Shown here: piece after piece, positions 55,717 through 64,000 of the stretch
How the letters are laid out: every line of letters starts with the position of its first letter
Position numbering within the stretch: the stretch's first letter is position 1
NCBI GenBank assembly: GCA_947259735.1
Contig: CAMYNN010000006.1
Coordinates: 4,998 to 68,997 of the forward strand
DNA length: 64,000 bases
DNA from: Thermodesulfovibrionia bacterium
GTDB lineage: Bacteria > Nitrospirota > Thermodesulfovibrionia > UBA6902
Direction of reading: 5' to 3'
The notes under the pieces: generated by a model
Databases searched by the model: none
Told to the model about the DNA's origin: nothing
The model's input: only the letters and a program-made list of their open reading frames with translations
Position numbers and translations under genes: made by a program

Positions 55717-55728
55717 AAAGGGGGTATT

Positions 55729-56052
55729 ATGACAATAAATGAATTAGTCCACAGGGCATTAATGGCAGGAATTGGCATCCCTGAGAAGCTGAATGAACTT
55801 GTCGATGATCTCGTTCAAAAGGGAGAGTTGAGTGAAAGTCAGGGGGCCAAACTCGTAAAAGAGTGCTCGGACAAGGTAAGTAAATCAGGAGAGGACATTA
55901 CAAAGGGTATCACAGAGACCGTAAACAAAGCCCTCGAGAAAATGAACATCCCCACGGCGGATGAGATTGAAAAGCTGAATAAAAAAGTGACCAGTCTTGC
56001 CGCGCGAGTGAAAAAACTTGAAGAGGCTTCCTCGTCCGGGAAGAATGATTGA
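55729..56052 (+). CDS. Phasin-like / PHA granule-associated-like small coiled-coil protein
   Basis: 107 aa with the pattern ..LVQKGELSESQGAKLV..PTADEIEKLNKKVTSLAARVKKLE, as often found upstream of UbiB-like kinases. Confidence 0.55.
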   Translation: MTINELVHRALMAGIGIPEKLNELVDDLVQKGELSESQGAKLVKECSDKVSKSGEDITKGITETVNKALEKMNIPTADEIEKLNKKVTSLAARVKKLEEASSSGKND

Positions 56053-56114
56053 TGGCCGTGCAGTTCCGCTGCATGCAATGACAGATTGAGAAGAGCACTG
56101 TTTTATAATTAAGA

Positions 56115-57821
56115 ATGCCCATTTCAAGCCTTTTACGATACTGGTATACGTACAAGAACATTAACCGGGTAAGACAGATTGTCAATGTCTTCTTAAAACA
56201 CGGTTTCGGCCAGTTCATCCAGCAGGTAAATCTGACCCGCTTCATCCCCCTCAGGAAACGGCTCAAAATATTCAGCCGGTGGCATGAGTATGAGCGGTAT
56301 ACAATTGCCGAAAGGCTCAGGATGGCATTCAGTGAGCTTGGCCCCTCTTTCATAAAGCTTGCACAGATACTTTCTTCACGACCTGACCTTATAACCCCGG
56401 CATACGCAGAGGAGTTCAAAAAGCTCCAGGACAAGGTCCCTCCTTTCCCCCCGGCTCAGGCACGTCAGATTGTTGAGGCCGAATTTAACATATCCATAGA
56501 GGACACATTTAAAGAATTTGAAAATTTACCTTTAGCTGCAGCGTCAATTGCACAGGTCCATAGCGCACTTCTCAAAACGGGGGAAAAGGTAATTGTAAAA
56601 GTACAGCGGCCTGATATAGGCGACATTATAGAAACAGATATTGCTATCCTGGGTGCCATATCCCGGCTGATGCTGAAATATCTTCCGGAAAGCCGGCTCT
56701 TTGATCCGGAGGGGATTGTGGATGAATTTGCACGGTCTGTAAAAAAAGAACTGGATTTTATTGCAGAGGCAAAGCATGCCCAGCGGTTCAAAAGGAACTT
56801 TGCCGGCAATGAAAATATCTGTATCCCCGATATCTATTCTGAACTACTGTCAGGAAAGGTCATTGTCATGGAGCGCCTTGAGGGAGTGAGGATAGATGAT
56901 ATCAAAGGGATAGACGCTCTCGGATTTGATAAAGCTCAAATTGCCAGGACAGGAGTGGATGCCTATTTCAAGATGATCTTTGAAGACGGATTTTTTCATG
57001 CAGACCCTCACCCCGGGAATCTGTTTGTTTTGTCTGACGGCAGGATAGGGCTTATGGATTTCGGGATCGTGGGTCTTCTTACGCCCGATATGAAGGAGAG
57101 CATTGCCAGTGCCTTTCTCGCTGTTCTCCATAAAGACTTTGACCGGCTTGTCGATCAGTACATAGAACTGGGACTCGTTTCAGATGGTATTGATCTCGAT
57201 GTATTCAAGAGGGAATTCAGGACCGATCTCATGTACCTGCTGGAGCCGCTCTATGACATGACCATCGCTGAACTGAATTTCCCTGAATATCTTGAGGCAC
57301 TCACCCAGCTGGTACTCAAGCACGGACTGAAAGTGCCTTCAGAGCTCATCCTGATGAATAAGACAATTATGATCCTGGACAATATCGGCAGACAGCTCGA
57401 TCCCCGGTTTAACGCTGCAACAGCGGCAGAGCCCTATGCAGCTGATCTGGTTAAAAACAGGTACAGTCCCCAGAGGGTCCTGGACAAGGCGAGAAATAAT
57501 GTCTCCGAAATCAGCGATGCCCTGCTTGATACGCCGAAGCAGATGAACCGGCTTTTAAGAAAAACACTTCGGAATGAAGTGAGTTTCAGAATCGACCCTG
57601 TGGGCATGGAGAAGCTTATTGTGGATATTGACCGCTCAAGCAACCGCATTGCCTTCAGCCTTATTGTGGCGTCCATTATTGTGGGGTCATCGCTCCTGAT
57701 ACAATCTGATATCGGCGGCAGGATCTTCGGTCTTCCTACAATTGGAGCTATCGGATTTCTGGTTGCCATAGTGCTTGGAATAAGACTTCTTTTATCTATT
57801 TTAAAATCTGGTAAATTATAA
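56115..57821 (+). CDS. ABC1/UbiB-family atypical kinase with C-terminal TM helices
   Basis: AAASIAQVH, VKVQRP, FHADPHPGN and DFG motifs. Confidence 0.9.
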   Translation: MPISSLLRYWYTYKNINRVRQIVNVFLKHGFGQFIQQVNLTRFIPLRKRLKIFSRWHEYERYTIAERLRMAFSELGPSFIKLAQILSSRPDLITPAYAEEFKKLQDKVPPFPPAQARQIVEAEFNISIEDTFKEFENLPLAAASIAQVHSALLKTGEKVIVKVQRPDIGDIIETDIAILGAISRLMLKYLPESRLFDPEGIVDEFARSVKKELDFIAEAKHAQRFKRNFAGNENICIPDIYSELLSGKVIVMERLEGVRIDDIKGIDALGFDKAQIARTGVDAYFKMIFEDGFFHADPHPGNLFVLSDGRIGLMDFGIVGLLTPDMKESIASAFLAVLHKDFDRLVDQYIELGLVSDGIDLDVFKREFRTDLMYLLEPLYDMTIAELNFPEYLEALTQLVLKHGLKVPSELILMNKTIMILDNIGRQLDPRFNAATAAEPYAADLVKNRYSPQRVLDKARNNVSEISDALLDTPKQMNRLLRKTLRNEVSFRIDPVGMEKLIVDIDRSSNRIAFSLIVASIIVGSSLLIQSDIGGRIFGLPTIGAIGFLVAIVLGIRLLLSILKSGKL

Positions 57822-57871
57822 AATGTTCTGCATCATGCAGAGACAAAGAACATTGGCCGGGAGGGAAGGAA

Positions 57872-58309
57872 ATGACACTGGATGAACTGAAGCAATACTG
57901 TGACGGAGAATTTCAAAACATCGACAAAGTAGTGAATGAACTGAATGTGCTTTATAGTAAGGAAAAACAGGTATATACCATAGCCGAACAGGCTTCTTTA
58001 GCTACCTTTATGATGAACGCATACAGCGGAATGGAAAACGTCCTGAAACAAATGCTCCTCTATGACAAGCTGGATATTGAAGATTCTCCGGGATGGCATG
58101 AAAAGGTGCTGAAAAAATCGGGAGAGATTGGAATTCTTCCGCCGGAACTGTTTCACCTCTTGTCCAAGTACCTGTCATTCAGAAACTACTTTATTTATTC
58201 ATACGTCTTTACCATTCAGTGGGATGATATGAAGCCCCTGGTAGAGGGGATGAAAGATGTTGTTGCACAGGTCAAGACTGAAGTTAATGAGTATTTTCAG
58301 ACAATTTGA
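57872..58309 (+). CDS. Hypothetical four-helix protein, possibly a degenerate HepT-like (DUF86-related) protein
   Basis: ..YSGMENVLKQML.. and ..YLSFRNYFIYSY.. resemble the HepT-like RxxxxHxY region, but with Tyr in place of His. Confidence 0.4.
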   Translation: MTLDELKQYCDGEFQNIDKVVNELNVLYSKEKQVYTIAEQASLATFMMNAYSGMENVLKQMLLYDKLDIEDSPGWHEKVLKKSGEIGILPPELFHLLSKYLSFRNYFIYSYVFTIQWDDMKPLVEGMKDVVAQVKTEVNEYFQTI

Positions 58310-58899
58310 AGAAAACTATGCCTGGAACTGACACTGAAAACATAATTATTATTGATGATATTGAGGTGGACATAGCATCTCTGTATTCGATCAAACACCG
58401 GTGCGTTCCCGGTAAATGCAGTAAGAATAAGTGCTGCTGTTCAAAATATGATATCTGCATTGATGAGGTGGAGATGAAGCGGATAGTCGGTTATCTGCCG
58501 GAAGCCGTGAAGTTTGTACCTCATCTTGATGACGGGTCGGGATTTGAGAACATCTTCGAAGAAGAGGAGCCGGGTTTATTCATCATAGATGCAGAGGAAG
58601 ATGGCCTGTGCCTCTTCGCTTACCCAGATGAGGAGGAAAAAATATTCTGTTCCCTCCACTCAACGGCACTGGAACTGCAGCTTCATCCGCACAAAGTAAA
58701 GCCCCGTTCATGCATTACCTGGCCCTTAGCTGTCACAGACGATGCGCCTATGCAGCTTTCTATAGCTGAGGATGCTTTCAGCTTTCCCTGTAATATCCGC
58801 AGGGAAAAGAGTTTATCACTGGATCCGGATATTGCACAGATTGTTAAAGATGTATTTGGTGAGCAGTTTTTGATGAAGCTTGAAAAATCCGACCGGTAA
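58306..58899 (+). CDS. Cys-rich DUF3109-like protein
   Basis: CVPGKCSKNKCCCS..., GLCLF, FCSLH and KPRSCITWPL are consistent with my recollection of DUF3109. 4-nt overlap with the upstream gene. Confidence 0.5.
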   Translation: MKKTMPGTDTENIIIIDDIEVDIASLYSIKHRCVPGKCSKNKCCCSKYDICIDEVEMKRIVGYLPEAVKFVPHLDDGSGFENIFEEEEPGLFIIDAEEDGLCLFAYPDEEEKIFCSLHSTALELQLHPHKVKPRSCITWPLAVTDDAPMQLSIAEDAFSFPCNIRREKSLSLDPDIAQIVKDVFGEQFLMKLEKSDR

Positions 58900-58931
58900 G
58901 ATATTCCAGCTATTCCAGGAAGTGCAATGAG

Positions 58932-59099
58932 AAAAAAGCAGGTATTGCTCAATCAGATAATTAACTCGATAAATTACAGAAATATTATTTGTATGGCTTT
59001 GAATAATAATGTGCGCGCTCAGATTGGTTCATACTGCGTCTAAGGTACCTGCCGGCAGGCAGGTCGAAAATTATCTACTTTCACAATACCTGCTTTTTT
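58932..59099. repeat. 168-bp element bounded by a perfect 16-bp inverted repeat (AAAAAAGCAGGTATTG ... CAATACCTGCTTTTTT)
   Basis: The arms are at 58932-58947 and 59084-59099. A second paired segment gataatt/aattatc lies 8 nt further in on each side. The internal hairpin is acctgcc-ggca-ggcaggt. Confidence 0.6.
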
Positions 59100-59130
59100 C
59101 GGGTTGTTGAAAGAGATCTTCTTCGGAAAC

Positions 59131-60360
59131 TTAAAGCCTGAATATTTCCGGCTTGATCCATAAAATCAGTATTGTTCCAATGAGACAGAAACTCGAGCTT
59201 GTCAGAAGAGCATTCTGAGTTCCAATATAGTGTGCCAGCGTCCCGACAGTGAAATTCCCGAGTGGCGCCATGCCGAGAAACATTGTGGTGAAAAACCCCA
59301 TGACTCTTCCCCTCAGTTCATCAGGGACGGAAAGTTGAATTAAATTATTTGCAGTGACAATCTGATTTAACGCCCCCACTCCTGCGAGAAAGAGCATCCC
59401 GTAGGAGAGCCATACGATTTTTGAAATTGAAAACGCCAGGAGGGCCGTTGAAAATACCAGTCCTCCCCATGCCATTACAATCCCCTTTCTCGATACATTG
59501 CCTTTGAGCGCAAGCCCTACAGCTCCTGTAAATGCACCGGCCCCCGCGCACCCCATTAATATGCCGAGGCCAGTGGCCCCTGTTTTCAGAATATCACGGG
59601 CATAGACGGGAAGAAATGATATATAGGGAAAGCCAAAAAAACTCATGATGCCGACCAGTATGAGGAGGGTAGAGACGGTAGGGTCTGCCCTGACATAGCG
59701 GATACCCTCTCTGAATGATTTCCTGATTCCTGATTTTGGCGATGAATCTTCAATGTTCTTTATGCGCATTCTGAGAAGTGCCGCAATTATGGCGACAAAG
59801 CTCAAAGTGTTTAAGAAGAAGCAGGTCGCCAGCCCGACGGAGCCCATGAGAAATCCTGCAATTGCCGGCCCGAGCATCCGTGCGCTATGAAATACGATAG
59901 AATTGAGAGCAATGCCGTTGAGCAGGTCTTCTTTTCCGACCAGTTCAATGATAAAAGACTGCCGGGTCGGTATTTCTATGGCATGCACCGTTCCGATACA
60001 GAATGCGAGAATAAGCACATGCCAGACAGTGACGACTCCTGTTGCCACCAAAAGGGCGAGTATCAGGGCGAGAAACATTAAGATAATATGGGCATTCAGA
60101 ATAATTTTTCTTTTGGGAAACCTGTCAGCCATAACTCCACCGGCCATGGTGAACATGAGAATGGGCGCTGATGCTGCCGTGCCGGCAAGGCCAAGGAAAA
60201 AGGGCGATCCCGTCAGTTCGTACACGAGCCAGCCCTGGGCGGCCTGATGCATCCAGGTCCCGGTCAGTGATATGAGCTGGCCGAACCAGAATAACCTGAA
60301 ATTCCTGTGCCTGAGAGCTGTAAAGGGCTTATATAAATTCATAGATAGTAATGATACCAT
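59131..60360 (-). CDS. MFS transporter
   Basis: 409 aa with about 12 predicted TM helices and an MFS N-terminus (FRLFWFGQLISLTGTWM). Confidence 0.85.
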   Translation of the reverse strand: MVSLLSMNLYKPFTALRHRNFRLFWFGQLISLTGTWMHQAAQGWLVYELTGSPFFLGLAGTAASAPILMFTMAGGVMADRFPKRKIILNAHIILMFLALILALLVATGVVTVWHVLILAFCIGTVHAIEIPTRQSFIIELVGKEDLLNGIALNSIVFHSARMLGPAIAGFLMGSVGLATCFFLNTLSFVAIIAALLRMRIKNIEDSSPKSGIRKSFREGIRYVRADPTVSTLLILVGIMSFFGFPYISFLPVYARDILKTGATGLGILMGCAGAGAFTGAVGLALKGNVSRKGIVMAWGGLVFSTALLAFSISKIVWLSYGMLFLAGVGALNQIVTANNLIQLSVPDELRGRVMGFFTTMFLGMAPLGNFTVGTLAHYIGTQNALLTSSSFCLIGTILILWIKPEIFRL

Positions 60361-60433
60361 ACTCCCGGAGGGTTCAATGATTCGAAGATTCTCAGGGAAC
60401 GAGCGTGAACAACAAGTCTTTTATTCATACTAA

Positions 60434-61405
60434 ATGAGTCCCGGGGGACGTGGTCCTTTGAATCCTTTGTGTTTTTATTGTGGTATAATTCTATCCGTGA
60501 CAGCGATCAGGAATGTAATCATTGCAGCAGTCATCTGCCTGGGAATGGGTCTTCAGGCCTGCCAGAATCCTGCCCCGCGCACTGATAAGAAACTCAGAGT
60601 CCTTACCACCATTGCTCCTCTGTACAGCTTTACGAAGAATGTAGCGGGAGACACGGCGCATGTTGAAAACCTTCTCCCATCCGGTGCCGGGCCCCATGAG
60701 TATTCATTCAGTCCCGCCGATGTCAGAAAAGCAGCGAAAGCCGATCTTCTCGTTAAGAATGGAGTAAACCTTGAGTCATGGATGCAGAAACTGACAACCG
60801 CTGCTGAAGAGGTGAGAGCATCTTCAGGTTTGGAAAAGGGAGATCTCTATATTGTTGATACCAGTGAAGGAGTGGAGATTCTTGGCATGGATCCCCATAT
60901 ATGGCTGTCCCCAAAGAATGCAGTTCTGCAGGTAAACAATATTAAAGATGCCCTCATAATGGTTGATCCTGATAACAGTGAACTCTATAGACGGAATGCC
61001 GAAGGATACATTCAGCGGCTCAATAAGCTTGATAGAGAAATAAGAGATGAAATCAGCAGCTGGAAAATGAGGCAGTTTATCTCATTTCATTCTGCATTTC
61101 AATATTTTGCCGGAGACTACGGACTTGAGCAGGTTGCGGTCATTCAGCAGACTCCCGAAACAGAGCCATCTCCCCGTCACATTGCCCATGTAATAGAAAC
61201 AGTCAGGTCAAAGGGGATACCTTCAATATTTACTGAGCCGGGCACTTCTCATAAGATCGTGACCTCACTTGCGGAGGACTTGAAATTAAAGGTGTACAGC
61301 CTTGATACCCTGGAGACGGGCCTGCTTTCCGGTGAGTGGTATGAAGAGAAGATGAGAGAAAACATGGCAGTCTTGAAAAGGGCATTAAACCGAGGTGCTG
61401 AATGA
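60434..61405 (+). CDS. Metal (Zn/Mn) ABC transporter substrate-binding lipoprotein, ZnuA/TroA family; start uncertain
   Basis: GLQAC lipobox and motifs LRVLTTIAPLY, GPHEY and DPHIWLSP. An alternative GTG start is at 60497. Confidence 0.85.
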   Translation: MSPGGRGPLNPLCFYCGIILSVTAIRNVIIAAVICLGMGLQACQNPAPRTDKKLRVLTTIAPLYSFTKNVAGDTAHVENLLPSGAGPHEYSFSPADVRKAAKADLLVKNGVNLESWMQKLTTAAEEVRASSGLEKGDLYIVDTSEGVEILGMDPHIWLSPKNAVLQVNNIKDALIMVDPDNSELYRRNAEGYIQRLNKLDREIRDEISSWKMRQFISFHSAFQYFAGDYGLEQVAVIQQTPETEPSPRHIAHVIETVRSKGIPSIFTEPGTSHKIVTSLAEDLKLKVYSLDTLETGLLSGEWYEEKMRENMAVLKRALNRGAE

Positions 61406-62154
61406 TTGCGCTGAGTGTTGAGAATCTTTGTGTAACCGCTGATAATCGCCATCTTTTGGAAAACATTACATTTACCATAGAAGAGGGCAGGATCGTAGCG
61501 ATTATCGGGCCTAACGGTGCAGGGAAAACTACGTTAATAAAGGCCATCCTCGGACTTGTCCCATATGAAACAGGGGCAGTCTCAATGTTCGGGCAGCCAT
61601 TCAAACATTCCAATTCTCATGTGAAAGTCGGGTACGTACCTCAGAGGCTTGAGTTTGACAGGACATTCCCGCTTACGGTGTCGGAGCTGCTGCGATTTAC
61701 CGTACCGCCTGTATATTCATTTCCCTTCTATAAAGGAAAAGAAGAAGTGAAACATATTGACAGGCTGCTCAAGACTGTGGGAGCGCTGGATTTAAAGGAC
61801 AGGACCGTTGGCAGCCTGTCCGGCGGGGAGCTCCAGAGAATTATGATTGCCAAGGCAATTGTGAATGAACCGAAGATCCTCTTTCTTGACGAGCCGGCCT
61901 CGGGCGTGGACATTGAGGGACAGGAACGGTTTCATGATCTGGTCAGACGCCTGAACAGGGAAAAGGGCCTGACAGTGCTGCTCATCTCCCATGATCTGAA
62001 TGTGGTGTACCGGTTTGCTGATGATGTCCTCTGCCTGAACCGGAGACTGGTGTGCAGCGGGAGGCCCGAGGAGGCACTGACCGATGATGTCATAAAGAGT
62101 GTGTACGGGGAGATGATGGGGGCATATATCCATAGTTGTCATGACCATGATTAG
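61402..62154 (+). CDS. Metal ABC transporter ATP-binding protein (ZnuC-like)
   Basis: GPNGAGKTT, LSGGELQR and LFLDEPASGVD. Confidence 0.85.
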   Translation: MIALSVENLCVTADNRHLLENITFTIEEGRIVAIIGPNGAGKTTLIKAILGLVPYETGAVSMFGQPFKHSNSHVKVGYVPQRLEFDRTFPLTVSELLRFTVPPVYSFPFYKGKEEVKHIDRLLKTVGALDLKDRTVGSLSGGELQRIMIAKAIVNEPKILFLDEPASGVDIEGQERFHDLVRRLNREKGLTVLLISHDLNVVYRFADDVLCLNRRLVCSGRPEEALTDDVIKSVYGEMMGAYIHSCHDHD

Positions 62155-62953
62155 CGAATTTTTATCCTATCCCTTTATGCAGAGAGCATTGCTGGCTTCA
62201 GTGATGGTGGGCGTTTTATGTCCTTTTGTCGGTAATTTTGTGGTACTGCGAAGGATGTCCTTTTTTTCTGATGCCATATCCCATTCAGCCTTTGCAGGTA
62301 TTGCTGTCGGTGCGCTGCTCGGAGTCGATCTTTCAATTTCATCTTTAGCGGTAGCCCTTATCATCGCACTGGTGATTGCATTTCTCTCTGAGAAGACAAC
62401 ATTGTCGCATGACACAGTCATTGGTGTCGCTTTTTCCGGTGCTATTGCGGTGGGGATGCTTATTATGGGCATGCTGAAAGGATACAGGGCAGATCTGTTT
62501 ACTTTTCTCTTTGGCGACATCCTTGCAATAACCAACAGTGACCTTTTGATGATTCTTTCTGTTTCCATTCTGACCATTGTGACATTCCTGGCATTATTGA
62601 AACCCTTTCTCCAGATAACCTTCAACAGGGACCTTGCGCAGGTAGAGGGGATTCATGTCCGTTTCTTTGAATACCTGCTTTTTATAATGATTGCAATTGT
62701 AATCACTGTGAGCCTGAAAATTATCGGCATTATTCTCGTTACATCCCTCATGATAGTCCCTGCTGCATCTGCCAAGAACCTTGCGTCCAGCATGCTGCGG
62801 CTGTTTGTTTTATCAAGCCTTTTTGGTGTAGTGTCGGGGATCGCCGGCCTTTTCGTCTCCATTTATCTTGATACATCATCAGGCCCTACCATTGTTCTTG
62901 TGAGTGTAGGGATATTTTTTCTGACTATGCTGAAGCGGACAGGAACGAAATGA
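62141..62953 (+). CDS. Metal ABC transporter permease (ZnuB-like)
   Basis: 270 aa, polytopic, with the typical FMQRALLA N-terminus. Confidence 0.85.
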   Translation: MTMISEFLSYPFMQRALLASVMVGVLCPFVGNFVVLRRMSFFSDAISHSAFAGIAVGALLGVDLSISSLAVALIIALVIAFLSEKTTLSHDTVIGVAFSGAIAVGMLIMGMLKGYRADLFTFLFGDILAITNSDLLMILSVSILTIVTFLALLKPFLQITFNRDLAQVEGIHVRFFEYLLFIMIAIVITVSLKIIGIILVTSLMIVPAASAKNLASSMLRLFVLSSLFGVVSGIAGLFVSIYLDTSSGPTIVLVSVGIFFLTMLKRTGTK

Positions 62954-62980
62954 AAATATCGTTGAAGGAGGAGAAATTCT

Positions 62981-64000
62981 GTGAAATATATGATTATTGG
63001 CAGCGGTGTTGCCGGGACAACAGCAGCAGTGAATATCAGGAAGCTTGACGACAGCGGTGAAATAACTGTTCTCTCAGATGAAAAGATCCCTTTTTACAGC
63101 CGTATCCGGTTAATTGAATATCTTGCGAAAGAGGCGGACAGGGAAGACATCATTATACACAGGAATGACTGGTATGAAAAAAACAATATACAGCTCCTGC
63201 TGGATACCAGCGTTGCCGGGATAGAATCTGATAGGCGTCAGATTATTACGTCCTCTGGTGCCAGACTTGAGTATGACAGACTTCTTGTTGCATCAGGCGG
63301 CGTTTCTTTTGTCCCGCCTATTCCGGGGAGTGAAAAAGAGGGAGTATTTACGTTACGGACAGTCCTGGATGCTGATGAAATAATCTCATATGCTGAAGGA
63401 AAGAAGAAGGTGATCCTTATTGGCGGCGGTGTGCTCGGCCTCGAGGCAGGCAACAGCCTGAGGAAAACCGGTCATGAAGTGACAGTTGTTGAATTCTTCC
63501 CCCGTCTCCTCCCGAGACAGATGGACCCCGCAGGTGCGGAAATATTAAAGACTCAGATGGAGAGCATGGGATTTGCTTTTTACCTTGGGGCCGCAACAAA
63601 GGAAATCCCTGGAGATGACAGGGCATCGGGAATAGTGCTCGAAGACGGAACGAACATTGAAGGTGATGTCATCATTATTTCAGCCGGGGTAAGGCCTCGG
63701 GCAGGGCTGGCCAAAAATGTCGGACTTACCATAAATAAAGGTGTTGCTGTGAACGACAGGATGGAGTCGGAAATAAAAGACATTTATGCTGCAGGTGATT
63801 TAATAGAGCACCGGGACCGGTTTTACGGTATATGGCCTGCCGCGGCGGAGCAGGGCAGGGTGGCCGGGATCAACATGGCGGGCGGTGATGCCCTGTACGA
63901 AGGGACCACAATGTCGAATGTTCTCAAAGTTGTCGGCATTGACCTTGCTGCTGCGGGGGACATAGATGCTGACGGGAAGTGCGATACTATTGTGTATAAA
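62981..64000 (+). CDS. FAD/NAD(P)-dependent pyridine nucleotide-disulfide oxidoreductase family protein (partial, continues past the window end)
   Basis: GTG start 8 nt after GAAGGAGGAG. IIGSGVAGTTAA and LIGGGVLGLEAG dinucleotide motifs and AAGD. Open to the window edge, so absent from the ORF track. Confidence 0.8.
   Translation, partial: MKYMIIGSGVAGTTAAVNIRKLDDSGEITVLSDEKIPFYSRIRLIEYLAKEADREDIIIHRNDWYEKNNIQLLLDTSVAGIESDRRQIITSSGARLEYDRLLVASGGVSFVPPIPGSEKEGVFTLRTVLDADEIISYAEGKKKVILIGGGVLGLEAGNSLRKTGHEVTVVEFFPRLLPRQMDPAGAEILKTQMESMGFAFYLGAATKEIPGDDRASGIVLEDGTNIEGDVIIISAGVRPRAGLAKNVGLTINKGVAVNDRMESEIKDIYAAGDLIEHRDRFYGIWPAAAEQGRVAGINMAGGDALYEGTTMSNVLKVVGIDLAAAGDIDADGKCDTIVYK

Noticed and set aside
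60481-60489. TGGTATAAT extended -10 motif inside the annotated 5' end of the ZnuA-like ORF, implying a much shorter protein
   Set aside because: It cannot be decided from sequence alone. The lipobox (GLQAC) is compatible with either the ATG at 60434 or the GTG at 60497, and a promoter this close to the GTG would give a leaderless non-ATG start, which is unlikely. I kept the track coordinates and flagged start uncertainty. I saw no convincing Zur-type palindrome in 60361-60433.
1-64000. Searched by eye for CRISPR arrays, rRNA, tRNA and tmRNA-like sequences
   Set aside because: I found no regularly spaced direct repeats with unique spacers, no T-loop/acceptor-stem patterns in any intergenic region, and no rRNA-like stretches. 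The longer non-coding gaps are AT-rich promoter regions or the hairpin repeats described in the findings.

Overview
This 64-kb window looks chromosomal and is densely coding. From gene content it probably belongs to an anaerobic Desulfobacterota/deltaproteobacterium-like organism; that is inference, since no searches were run. All family calls come from reading motifs in the supplied translations.

Content in order:
- 1-5218: a corrinoid-dependent methyl-transfer operon with two uninterrupted MttB-family methyltransferases, a corrinoid protein, a pterin-binding methyltransferase and a DUF1638 protein.
- 5230-8088: a small AT-rich islet with an IS3 transposase remnant and a Rho-type ATPase that lacks the RNA-binding N-terminal domain.
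- 8089-15603: housekeeping genes (ABC-F, RNase H, rsgA, infC with an apparent ATA start) and a frameshifted DsbA-like pseudogene.
- 15676-23436: a redox block of NfnAB plus a NuoE/NuoF-like pair and a selenocysteine (in-frame TGA plus SECIS-like hairpin) formate dehydrogenase.
- 24334-25920: a GAF/sigma-54 activator.
- 26374-30312: the most unusual locus. An 804-aa protein fuses a PqqD-like domain, a radical SAM/SPASM domain and a full ArsM-type methyltransferase. A B12-binding radical SAM enzyme follows it.
- 30578-64000: an M6-like secreted metalloprotease, thiL, Lon with a duplicated lysine-rich histone-H1-like tail, galU, pgpA-thpR-recA-pilT-recX, a second B12-radical SAM gene, a PEP-CTERM protein behind a near-consensus sigma-54 promoter, csp, ftsEX-envC, alaS, a UbiB-like kinase, an MFS transporter, a Znu/Tro-type metal ABC transporter and a partial flavoprotein.

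Non-coding structure includes a family of low-complexity intercistronic hairpin repeats, a repeat pair flanking thiL, a 168-bp element bounded by inverted repeats, and several palindromic candidate operators. I recognised no rRNA, tRNA or CRISPR array.
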